A stretch of DNA of 64,000 bases from an uncultured Bacilli bacterium (GTDB lineage Bacteria > Bacillota_I > Bacilli_A > RF39 > UBA660), in assembly GCA_934176955.1 (NCBI GenBank), contig CAKPOS010000007.1, forward strand, positions 15,328 to 79,327. The letters are read 5' to 3'. Of this stretch, positions 46,811 to 55,041 are shown one piece after another (positions within the stretch are counted from its first letter, which is position 1; each line of letters starts with the position of its first letter). A program made the position numbers and the translations under genes. The notes under the pieces are model-generated. The model saw only the letters and a program-made list of their open reading frames with translations. It was not told where the DNA came from and did not search any database.

Positions 46811-46872
46811 ATGACAGTATGACACTTATATAGATACTGTCAGTGGCTCTCGTACTGTTGTCACACTGTCAT
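46811..46872 (+). other. Conserved long hairpin H (E1 copy)
   Basis: ATGACAGTATGACAC ... GTTGTCACACTGTCAT arms around a ~30-nt loop. Homologous to 63737-63797 in E2, including loop bases (GGCTCTCGTAC versus GACTCTCATAC). Confidence 0.6.
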
Positions 46873-46875
46873 AGA

Positions 46876-46948
46876 GTTATTGTCTAGCAAGCAATGAATT
46901 TCTACTCCTGTATGAAATTCTAACGTGGGAATTATCCCAAACCCTTAA
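46876..46948. repeat. Left inverted repeat (IR-L) of the E1 cargo cassette
   Basis: Reverse complement aligns with 52986-53058. The inner 22 bp GGGAATTATCCCAAACCCTTAA matches TTAAGGGTTTGGGATAATCCCC except for one substitution (T for C). Outer parts are roughly three-quarters identical by eye. Confidence 0.75.
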
Positions 46949-46975
46949 AAGAAAATATTACAAAGAAAAAAGGAG

Positions 46976-47338
46976 ATGAAAAATAATATGAAATTGATTA
47001 AAAAGGAACAAGCAGAAATATTGAAAAATAGTGACACAAGTTCACTGTTAGAATACTCGATAGCATTAGATGAGAAAGATTTAGATTTTTGTGTAAATAC
47101 TATCACAGGAAGATATCCTGAAAAAGGTTATTGTACAAATGAAGAATGTAAAGAAATATGCTATATTCTCGAAGGTGAAGGATATATAAATAGAAAAGAT
47201 GAAACTATTAAATTTAAACAAGGTGATGTAATCTTTATAGACAAAAAAGATATTTATTTTTGGAAAGGTAATTGTAAAATAATAATGATATGCTCACCCG
47301 CATGGTATAAACAACAATGTAGGTTAATTGCTGAATGA
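46976..47338 (+). CDS. Cupin-fold small protein
   Basis: 120 aa. The EICYILEGEGYI...FKQGDVIFIDK pattern resembles a cupin barrel. No metal-ligand His pair is obvious. Confidence 0.45.
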   Translation: MKNNMKLIKKEQAEILKNSDTSSLLEYSIALDEKDLDFCVNTITGRYPEKGYCTNEECKEICYILEGEGYINRKDETIKFKQGDVIFIDKKDIYFWKGNCKIIMICSPAWYKQQCRLIAE

Positions 47339-47368
47339 TTTATAAAATGTTTTTGGGAGGAAATAAAG

Positions 47369-48682
47369 GTGAAAGAAAAATTAATTAATAATTTCTTAAG
47401 AATATCCAAAATACCAAGGGAATCAGGAAATGAGGAACATATAGCAAACTTTTTTGTTAATATTGCTAAGGAAAACAATTTAGAATATGTAAAAGATAAA
47501 AATAACAACGTATTAATTAAGAAGAAAGGAAACACTGATAGTGAACCAATTGCATTTCATTCTCACTTGGATATGGTATGTGTAAAATCAAAAGATAGTA
47601 ATCATAATTTTAAGAAAGATGGAATTGATGTCATAATTAATGGCGACAAAGTTACAGCTAATAATACTTCATTAGGAGCTGATCAGGGTGTGGGTTTAGC
47701 TATTATGCTAACGCTAATAGAGGACAAAGAAACGGAACACCCAAATTTAGAATTTCTTTTTACTACAGAAGAAGAAACAACTTTTAATGGAGTAGTTGCA
47801 TTTCCGTTTTCTCTTGTCGAGAGTAAAAGTATAATTAACTTGGATAGCGATAAAGATGATGCTATTTTTGTTGGAGCATATGGCGATATATGTAATGAAT
47901 ATGTATTTAAAGGAAAGTTGATTGAAAATACACTGCCCAGCTATAAAATTTTAATTGAAGACTTACCTGGTGGAAATTCTGGTAATAATGTTGAATTGTC
48001 TGAAAGAAATGCTATAACTACTATGGCTAAATTATTGAGTAATAAAGAAATCTATATAGCAAATATAAATGGCGGTACATCCGATAATGATATAGCTACA
48101 TCTTGTGAAGTAATAATTAGTACAAATCTTAATGTTAATGATATTTTCAGTGAAGTTGGTGTGAAAGTGACTGAAACAGATAACAAATTTACGTTTTCTA
48201 GGCAAGATACAGATTACATATTAAAACAAATATTGCAGTTAAAATGTGGATTTATTTCTTCTGAAAAGGCATCGGCTAATCTTGGGTTAATTAGTACAGG
48301 AAATGATGAGGTAAAAATTTATTATGTAATCAGAAGTATGGATGAAAAAGAATTAGAGGAAATTAGCAATAACAGTAAAAAATTAAATAATAACTTTATT
48401 GTGTCCGAAGTATATAGAGATTCTGTATGGGAAGTAAATAAAGACTCTAAACTAACTGAAAAATATAAAGAAATATATCATATGGAATATTCAGAATATC
48501 CTATAGAAAGTATTGTTCCTGGTGGTAATGAGTGTTCTGCAATTAAAAATAGAATTAAGGAAGTTGATATAATTTCAATTGGATGTAATATGGAAAATAT
48601 ACATACTACCGAAGAAATTACTTATGTTAGTTCGTGGGTAAAAATATATAATTTATTGTTAAATTTAATTAAATCAATATAA
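47369..48682 (+). CDS. pepD: M20C-family dipeptidase (PepD / Xaa-His dipeptidase-like)
   Basis: GTG start. FLRISKIPRESGNEEHIANF...NVLIKKKG...HSHLDMV, GADQGVG and TTEEET follow the PepD pattern. Confidence 0.65.
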   Translation: MKEKLINNFLRISKIPRESGNEEHIANFFVNIAKENNLEYVKDKNNNVLIKKKGNTDSEPIAFHSHLDMVCVKSKDSNHNFKKDGIDVIINGDKVTANNTSLGADQGVGLAIMLTLIEDKETEHPNLEFLFTTEEETTFNGVVAFPFSLVESKSIINLDSDKDDAIFVGAYGDICNEYVFKGKLIENTLPSYKILIEDLPGGNSGNNVELSERNAITTMAKLLSNKEIYIANINGGTSDNDIATSCEVIISTNLNVNDIFSEVGVKVTETDNKFTFSRQDTDYILKQILQLKCGFISSEKASANLGLISTGNDEVKIYYVIRSMDEKELEEISNNSKKLNNNFIVSEVYRDSVWEVNKDSKLTEKYKEIYHMEYSEYPIESIVPGGNECSAIKNRIKEVDIISIGCNMENIHTTEEITYVSSWVKIYNLLLNLIKSI

Positions 48683-48709
48683 ATTTTGAAATAAAGGAAG
48701 GTTAAAGAT

Positions 48710-49855
48710 ATGGATAAAGTAAAGATTCTATGGAGTGGTATAACAGGAAGAACTGGTAAAGAGGCATTCCAATTATCAAAGGAAAGTGATAGTGTAGAAA
48801 TCGTAGCAGGTATATGTAGGAATGATAGTAATTTTTATAATTATGATGAACTAGATAAAATAACTGAAGATTTTGATGTTATTGTGGATTTTTCTCATAA
48901 AGATAGTTTTGATAAAGTATTAAGTTATGCTTTGAAAGTTGGTAAACCAATTATAATTGGAACTGCAGGATTAACTGAAGAACAAATGAATGCTTTTGAA
49001 GAAGCTTCTAAAATTATACCTGTATTTAGAGGTGGAAATTTTAGATTTGATGTTAAGAATTTTATCGATCAAGTTGTTGCGTATGCAAGAACTTGTGAAG
49101 AAAATAATATAGAGTTAATTGAAACGCATTATAAAACTAAAAAAGTACCAAGTGAAACAGCAAAAGTTGTTGCTAAAAGAGTTTTAGATGAAACTGGTAA
49201 GAATGTGGAAATAAAATCATTTTTAGAATATGATGAGCTAATAAATGATTGGAAAGTTGCAGATTTACATTGTAGAGTTGTAGGATTTAAAGAATTAGCT
49301 AGAGATGTTTTAAATATTGCTGTAATGATGAAAAATAAGAAAGCAGATGGAATTTATGATTTAGATAGATTATTTAGAGAAAGAAATATAGATGATTTAT
49401 ATAAATTCTTAATTGAAGCGAAGAAACAAACTTATGCAAATGAAAATGTAAAAAAAGTAAATCCTTCAAGAAAAGGTTCTCATGATTATCATTATGAAAA
49501 TGATAAGATGATGTATCATGATACTTATTTTGGTGGAACTAAATTTATGGGGGAAGAAGTTGTATATTTTAATAATGAGACTCCAATTTGGGGAATGAAC
49601 TATTATGGTGTTACTATTGATGAAACACTTAGTGAGGAAGCTATGGATAAAGCATTAAGACCTGCATTAATGATGGTTGGAGAAGATACTAATGTAATAC
49701 CAGTAAGAGGTCCAAGAAATTATCAAAATGGTGAATATAAATATAATTTTTCAGTAACTGGAAATTTAGAAAACTTTGAAGGATGCGAAACAATTCATAA
49801 AGGAAAAACAAAAGTTTATGAGTTAAAATGTCATGGTGGAATAATTAAAAGATAG
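48710..49855 (+). CDS. DapB-like reductase fused to a DUF5680-like C-terminal domain
   Basis: DapB motifs GITGRTGKE, VDFSHKDS, IIGTAGLTEEQ and ETHYKTKKVPSETA. The C-terminal ~150 aa (TYANE...HDYHYENDKMMYHDTYFGGTKFMGEEVVYFNNETPIWGMNYYG) resembles DUF5680 as I recall it. Confidence 0.5.
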   Translation: MDKVKILWSGITGRTGKEAFQLSKESDSVEIVAGICRNDSNFYNYDELDKITEDFDVIVDFSHKDSFDKVLSYALKVGKPIIIGTAGLTEEQMNAFEEASKIIPVFRGGNFRFDVKNFIDQVVAYARTCEENNIELIETHYKTKKVPSETAKVVAKRVLDETGKNVEIKSFLEYDELINDWKVADLHCRVVGFKELARDVLNIAVMMKNKKADGIYDLDRLFRERNIDDLYKFLIEAKKQTYANENVKKVNPSRKGSHDYHYENDKMMYHDTYFGGTKFMGEEVVYFNNETPIWGMNYYGVTIDETLSEEAMDKALRPALMMVGEDTNVIPVRGPRNYQNGEYKYNFSVTGNLENFEGCETIHKGKTKVYELKCHGGIIKR

Positions 49856-49866
49856 GAGAAATATTT

Positions 49867-50553
49867 ATGAAAAAAACAATAGCAATTACAGGTGGTAGTG
49901 ATGGTTTAGGTAAAGCTATTGCCAGAAGACTTAATGCTGAGAATAATGTTATTATAATTTCAAAGGATGAAGAAAGTTTAATTAAAACTGCTGAAGAAAT
50001 TAATTGTGATTATTATGTTTGCGATGTAACTGATTATAAACAAGTAAATAATACAATAAACGATATTTTAGACAAAAATAATAAAATAGATATATTAATA
50101 AATAATGCAGGAATTTGGTTAGCAGGAGATTTGACCGAAACTGATTATGAAAGAATAAGTAATTGTATTGACGTTAATACAAAAGGGCCTATATATATGA
50201 CAAAAGCAGTATTGCCAAGTATGTATGAAAATAAAGAAGGATTAATTATAAATGTATGTTCACAAGCAAGTTTTGATAGTGATGACTTCTCAACTGTATA
50301 TAATGCATCTAAGTGGGCTATGAGAGGATTTAATCGTTCTATACAAAAAGATGTAAGTAAAAAAGGGGTAAAAGTAACTGGTTTTTATCCTGGGTTTATG
50401 CAAACAGATATATTTAAAAAAGCAGGTAATGACTATGATACTTCAACAGGTTTGGAAGTAGAAAAAGTGGCAAAAGCAATAGAATTTATTGTAAATTGCG
50501 ATGAAGATGTTATTATTCCAGAATTTGGAATTAAAGATATAGAAAATTATTAG
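49867..50553 (+). CDS. Short-chain dehydrogenase/reductase (SDR)
   Basis: TGGSDGLGKAIA cofactor motif, NNAG, catalytic YNASK. Confidence 0.85.
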   Translation: MKKTIAITGGSDGLGKAIARRLNAENNVIIISKDEESLIKTAEEINCDYYVCDVTDYKQVNNTINDILDKNNKIDILINNAGIWLAGDLTETDYERISNCIDVNTKGPIYMTKAVLPSMYENKEGLIINVCSQASFDSDDFSTVYNASKWAMRGFNRSIQKDVSKKGVKVTGFYPGFMQTDIFKKAGNDYDTSTGLEVEKVAKAIEFIVNCDEDVIIPEFGIKDIENY

Positions 50554-50584
50554 AGTAGTTTGATTTATAAATCAGGAGGTTTAA

Positions 50585-51505
50585 ATGGGTAATAAAACTG
50601 TGAAAAAAAAGCAATATGAAAGCTTCAATCTATATTATTTAAATCTGAGCAAAGTATATGAAATATCAATGATGATTAATAATATTATTGTATCTTCATA
50701 TGAAAGAGAAACTGGAAATAGTACAACTAAAAGGAAGTATAAAAAATCATCACTTGATGGACAAATTGATTCTAAATATTTGGCTAGCGTAAAATCAATA
50801 TTAGAAACAGGTAGTTCTAAAGAAAAAGTAACATCTTCAAAAGTTACAGAAAAATTAGATGTTAAAACGACAAAATCAATTTTATTGAAAATGATTAAAA
50901 ACAAATCTAAACAAGTGGAATTTTTAGATAAATGTGATGAGGGAGAATTAGTTTTGTTGAAAAATGTTAAATTATCAATTTTAGATAAAGATAATTTAAG
51001 ACAAATGTTACTTTTAAAGAGAGATGCCTTAAAAGGAATACAAGTTGAAGGAATTGAAATTAATAATATTATAAACTCTATGATAAATGACTATTCATAT
51101 ATTTTGTCCGGAAGTATTAAAGATGAATCTGGAACACAACAATTTATTATTAAAATACCATTTGAAATAGAAAATGAGTTTGAAAACAATTATAGTGTAG
51201 ATGATATTATTCTAGGTAATGTTTCTGTAATTGGTATATATAAAAATAAAAATACAATTGAGGACATAACTAACAATACATTAAATTATTTTTCAAGAGC
51301 AGATTTCATAAATAGTAATGAAAGTAAATATATAAAAAGTGGTAAACAAAATACACAAGACACTAATAATTTTGATGGTATAAAAGAGGCTCATTACATA
51401 GATGTAATAGGAATTATTCAAGAAATAAAATTTGATGATGATGTTAAAGTTGGATTATGGGCTAGATTTAAAGCATTTTTGGAGAAAAAGAAAAATGAGA
51501 AGTAA
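50585..51505 (+). CDS. Hypothetical protein, partner of the ClpB-like AAA+ gene (possible DolA-like)
   Basis: 306 aa with no recognisable catalytic motif. Its 3' end overlaps the start of the AAA+ gene by 11 nt, implying co-translation. Confidence 0.35.
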   Translation: MGNKTVKKKQYESFNLYYLNLSKVYEISMMINNIIVSSYERETGNSTTKRKYKKSSLDGQIDSKYLASVKSILETGSSKEKVTSSKVTEKLDVKTTKSILLKMIKNKSKQVEFLDKCDEGELVLLKNVKLSILDKDNLRQMLLLKRDALKGIQVEGIEINNIINSMINDYSYILSGSIKDESGTQQFIIKIPFEIENEFENNYSVDDIILGNVSVIGIYKNKNTIEDITNNTLNYFSRADFINSNESKYIKSGKQNTQDTNNFDGIKEAHYIDVIGIIQEIKFDDDVKVGLWARFKAFLEKKKNEK

Positions 51506-52970
51506 ACTTTATTATTATAGAGATAAAAATGAATTTGATAGATTTTATAATGAGAGCGACAAAAAAATTGTTCCATTTGAATTTGTAGAAACAAAAAAAA
51601 TAATAGAAGAAGAATCTGGCTATATTATAGATATAACTAATATGGTATCATTTACTGATTCTAATCAATCAAATATCTATTCTGCCATAATTAATTTAAA
51701 GGATTTGGATGAAACAAATCAAATAATAATAAATAAAGATTGGTCAGAAAAAGCTTTGTATTTATTTCCAACAATTTTTGAACAAGCAGTTCCAATCTTT
51801 GATGAAGAAATTACTAAAGAAATTTGCTTAGAAAGTTTTAAAAGAACTCTTTGGTATTATAATGAATCTCAATATGAAAGTTTGCTAAAACATATCGAAG
51901 AAAACAAAATAATAATAACAAATTTTGCAACTTTACAAAAATATAATAATTATGACTATGAAATTTTGCTAGACTTAACAAGTACAATTGATAGTATAAA
52001 AGGAAGTCAGCAATTAATCTTTTTATTAGAACAATTTTTTGTCACTGCCAATACAAACATAAAAGCAATTATAAACTCCAATAGACTTGATGAAATAAAA
52101 GAAACATTGAGGCTCACATTTAAAGAATATAAAAACATTTCAGATTTATATTCGAATATTACTGATAAAAATAATAAATCTTCAGAAATAAAAGAACCAG
52201 TAAGAATTATTGATTTAAATAAAAAGGAAATTTCACAATTGTTTAATAATATAAGTAATAGCTTGATAGGACACGTGGAATTTAAAAATTATTTAATATC
52301 CCAATTAGAAAAGTTTGTAGTTTTAAATAAAATTGGAGAGCGCAAAGTGTTTTCAATGTTTTTATTAGGAAAACCAGGATTAGGTAAAACAGAAATTGGC
52401 AAAATAATTAGTAAATCGTTAAATGAGGATTCTAACGTTATAAAAATAAATTTTGGGAATTACTCAAGCCAAGATGCTCTTAATAGTTTAATTGGCAGTC
52501 CGGCAGGATATATAGGATGTGAAGGTGGAGAATTAGGGAAAAAAGTTAATTCAAATAAAGTTGGAGTTATAATTTGCGATGAATTTGAAAAAGCGGATTC
52601 AGAAATAAAAAACTTTTTTCTCGAATTATTAGAAGATGGAAAATTTACAGATTCAATGAGCAGGGAATATGATATAAATGGTTATATAGTAATATTTACA
52701 TCAAATATAAAAAATGAAAATGAATTTAAAAGTAAGATATCTCCTGAATTTGAGTCGAGAGTAAACTTAATTTGTGAATTTACACCACTAACATATGAAG
52801 AAAAAGCACAATATGTAAGATCCCAAATAAATAGATGTTTAGAAAAAATGAAAAAGAATGATATAAATATTAATTTCAAAGCAAGTGATGTAGATGTTAT
52901 TTTTAGTGATACAGATGATTTGAGAGAGATAAAAAACAGAATTTTAAATAAAATATCTGAATTACTTTAA
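51495..52970 (+). CDS. AAA+ ATPase with ClpA/ClpB D2-type (AAA_2) module and unknown ~280-aa N-terminal domain (possible DolB-like)
   Basis: ATG at 51495 (MRSKLYYY). LIGHVEFKNYL..., Walker A FLLGKPGLGKTEIGK, LIGSPAGYIGCEGGELG, Walker B VIICDEFEKADSEIKNFFLELLEDGKFTDS and IVIFTSN reproduce the ClpB D2 motif order. Confidence 0.75.
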   Translation: MRSKLYYYRDKNEFDRFYNESDKKIVPFEFVETKKIIEEESGYIIDITNMVSFTDSNQSNIYSAIINLKDLDETNQIIINKDWSEKALYLFPTIFEQAVPIFDEEITKEICLESFKRTLWYYNESQYESLLKHIEENKIIITNFATLQKYNNYDYEILLDLTSTIDSIKGSQQLIFLLEQFFVTANTNIKAIINSNRLDEIKETLRLTFKEYKNISDLYSNITDKNNKSSEIKEPVRIIDLNKKEISQLFNNISNSLIGHVEFKNYLISQLEKFVVLNKIGERKVFSMFLLGKPGLGKTEIGKIISKSLNEDSNVIKINFGNYSSQDALNSLIGSPAGYIGCEGGELGKKVNSNKVGVIICDEFEKADSEIKNFFLELLEDGKFTDSMSREYDINGYIVIFTSNIKNENEFKSKISPEFESRVNLICEFTPLTYEEKAQYVRSQINRCLEKMKKNDININFKASDVDVIFSDTDDLREIKNRILNKISELL

Positions 52971-52985
52971 ATAGTTCAATGTTAA

Positions 52986-53058
52986 TTAAGGGTTTGGGAT
53001 AATCCCCATATATGAATTGTTGCGGGAGTAAGAATTCAGTGCTGGCACAGACAACAAT
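52986..53058. repeat. Right inverted repeat (IR-R) of the E1 cargo cassette
   Basis: See IR-L. TTAAGGGTTTGGGATAATCCCC at 52986-53007, then GGAGTAAGAATTCAGTGCTGGCACAGACAACAAT aligning with the reverse complement of 46876-46910. Confidence 0.75.
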
Positions 53059-53079
53059 TTACTCCCTTAAAGACATTTA

Positions 53080-53112
53080 AAGCACTGCCTGAAAAAAGAT
53101 AGTGCTTATTTT
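53080..53112. terminator. Hairpin terminator between convergent genes
   Basis: AAGCACT ... AGTGCTT stem followed by ATTTTTT. Confidence 0.45.
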
Positions 53113-53424
53113 TTAATTAAAATTAATCATTTTAAATTTAGTGATATCTATGATTTTTAAATTGTATTTTATTCTTAAAATTAGTTCTATTTGCGGTATT
53201 AACTTATCAATATTACATCTAACATTAAATACATCAATTGCAGAGTTGATATGATTACGAAGTGGGCAATCTGATAAACAATTTCTGCTATGTCCATTTG
53301 CTAGATAAAATGCTATTGTATCAGGTATAACAAAGTTAATAAGATATTCATTATAATTGTTATAAAATGGTAATAATATTTTTTCAAATTCTTTATCAGT
53401 TATATCTTCTTTGCCTTTAATCAT
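53113..53424 (-). CDS. Hypothetical protein (E1)
   Basis: 103-aa ORF whose start overlaps the stop of the TnpV-like gene by 4 nt (ATGA). No motif recognised. Confidence 0.4.
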   Translation of the reverse strand: MIKGKEDITDKEFEKILLPFYNNYNEYLINFVIPDTIAFYLANGHSRNCLSDCPLRNHINSAIDVFNVRCNIDKLIPQIELILRIKYNLKIIDITKFKMINFN

Positions 53425-53783
53425 ATTTCATCTCCATAGACGATTTCTCTTAAAACTATTTTTTCAGCAATGTTTTTACAAGTATTCATTTTTTGAATCC
53501 ATAACATTTGATTTTTAGCTTTTAATTTTTCAGTAATAGTACCATCGAATTCTATTAGTTCATTTATTAAATAATTAACTTTATTTCCTGCTTCTGTACT
53601 TACTGAAAAAAGATGTTCATTTAATTTATCTTTCATTAGTAATTCTTGATATAATGCCTTCTTATGATTCTTTAAATATTCTAATCTTAATAATCCATAT
53701 TTATTTAATTGTTTGTTTTCTTTTTCAGCAAGTGCTAAATCAGGCAAGTAATAATCTCCATATTTTTTATAATTTATTTTCAT
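53421..53783 (-). CDS. tnpV: TnpV-family protein
   Basis: YKKYGDYYLPDL..., KYGLLRLEYLKNHKKALYQELLMKDKLNEHL, and QMLWIQKMNTCKNIAEKIVLREIVY follow the TnpV pattern of clostridial transposons, from memory. Confidence 0.6.
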   Translation of the reverse strand: MKINYKKYGDYYLPDLALAEKENKQLNKYGLLRLEYLKNHKKALYQELLMKDKLNEHLFSVSTEAGNKVNYLINELIEFDGTITEKLKAKNQMLWIQKMNTCKNIAEKIVLREIVYGDEI

Positions 53784-53836
53784 AATTACAAATCCTTTCT
53801 TTAGTGAAGAATATTAGTAGTATTGTTTTTAATTTT

Positions 53837-53857
53837 AGGTACCCATTTAGGTACTCA
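53837..53857 (+). repeat. E1 arm-type repeats, right end (AGGTACCCA + AGGTACTCA, 12-bp phasing)
   Basis: Same 9-mer, orientation and phasing as at 43669-43689. Confidence 0.7.
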
Positions 53858-53971
53858 ATTACTAAAATCTCTTAAAATTATATAAATTTTTATAATTAGA
53901 ATTAATTTATAATTGCTTAAAATATAAGGATTTAATTAGCAATAATTTATTTTATATATGAAAGATTTTGG

Positions 53972-54017
53972 CCCCCTGAAATTCCCCTCGAGAGAGGGGA
54001 ATACTTTTGTTTATAGG
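53972..54017 (+). repeat. att copy B (junction E1/E2)
   Basis: CCCCCTGAAAT + ATTCCCCTC-GAGA-GAGGGGAAT hairpin + ACTTTTGTTTATAGG. Confidence 0.8.
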
Positions 54018-54043
54018 GGATTTTTAACTATTTTGGATTTATC

Positions 54044-54085
54044 TAGATACCATACTAGATACCAAATATTAGTTTTTAGATACTA
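54044..54085 (+). repeat. E2 arm-type repeats, left end (TAGATACCA x2 + TAGATACTA)
   Basis: 9-mers at 54044, 54056 and 54077. Confidence 0.7.
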
Positions 54086-54108
54086 AATATTTTTTTATTT
54101 GAGTTTAT

Positions 54109-55041
54109 TTAAATACTTAGATTTAAATTATCCATAGTATTTTTTACATCAGTTAGATTATTTGGAAACATATGAGCATATGTGTCTAATGTTTCTTTAG
54201 TACTAGCATGTCCTAAATATTTTGATACAGTTGTTACTGGTTGACCAGTATTTATTAGTAAAGAAGCACAACTATGTCTAAAAGAGTGTAGTGGAATTCT
54301 TCGGATATCTGCATTTTTAGCAATTCTACCATTAATTCTAGACATCATTTTGAAGGTTAATGGTTCATGTTCACCGAAAATAAACCATTTGTCATTGAAG
54401 CCATAGTACTTCTTTTTTTCATTGTATAAATTTACTAAATCATTATATAAAACTTCAGTAAGAGGTAAAGTCCTAATACTTTTAGATGTTTTAGGTGGAG
54501 TTAGTTCATAATATTTTTGACTATCCTTAACACTATTAGCTTGTTTAGTAATAGATACTAACTTATTATTCCAATCTATATCAGACCATTGAAGTCCGCG
54601 ACATTCACCACGACGTAATCCATAATAATATAACATTTCAAACATTGTTTTATCATTTAAACTAGTAGTTCCTGTTATATATTTTTGAAATTCTTCAAAA
54701 GTGTAAACATCGTTTTCTTTTTTCATTTCATTAGGGTCTTTAAAAAACTCTATTTTTTTATAAAATTTCATTAGATTGATATCATACATTTTCATTCCCC
54801 AATTAAGAATAATCTTTAAGAACTTTTGAACATCATTTCTAGTAGAGCATTTAATGGGTTTATTCCATAAATCTTGTTGGAACTTATGATATAGATTTCC
54901 ATCCATATCTTTTAATTTAACATTTTCAAAATCAGCAAAATACCTTCTTCTTTTTAAATATGTTTCCATTGTTCTTCTTCGAACCTTATTTTTTTGAGAT
55001 TCAATATATTGGTCAGTTAGAGTACCAAATGTCATATCCAT
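54109..55041 (-). CDS. int: Tyrosine integrase lacking the N-terminal arm-binding domain (E2)
   Basis: YYGLRRGEC, HSFRHSCASLLI, LGHASTKETLDTYAHM. Met1 aligns with about residue 64 of the E1 integrase (both then share ENVKLKD). Confidence 0.85.
   Translation of the reverse strand: MDMTFGTLTDQYIESQKNKVRRRTMETYLKRRRYFADFENVKLKDMDGNLYHKFQQDLWNKPIKCSTRNDVQKFLKIILNWGMKMYDINLMKFYKKIEFFKDPNEMKKENDVYTFEEFQKYITGTTSLNDKTMFEMLYYYGLRRGECRGLQWSDIDWNNKLVSITKQANSVKDSQKYYELTPPKTSKSIRTLPLTEVLYNDLVNLYNEKKKYYGFNDKWFIFGEHEPLTFKMMSRINGRIAKNADIRRIPLHSFRHSCASLLINTGQPVTTVSKYLGHASTKETLDTYAHMFPNNLTDVKNTMDNLNLSI

Larger units (their letters stand above)
43597..54017. mobile_element. Integrative element E1 (~10.4 kb), IME/satellite-like, bounded by att copies A and B
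   Basis: Tyrosine integrase next to att A. AGGTACCCA arm repeats at both ends (43669-43689, 53837-53857). RepA-like ATPase, small DNA-binding protein, XRE switch and cargo genes. Confidence 0.8.

Noticed and set aside
47254-47535. 93-aa minus-strand ORF across the cupin/PepD junction
   Set aside because: It is antisense to two well-supported plus-strand genes and has no RBS. Its low-complexity Phe/Leu-rich translation is typical of AT-rich shadow frames.
51432-51494. Longer start for the AAA+ gene (MMMMLKLDYGL...)
   Set aside because: It would overlap 74 nt of the upstream gene. The ATG at 51495 follows GGAGAAAAAG and gives an 11-nt overlap typical of coupled genes.
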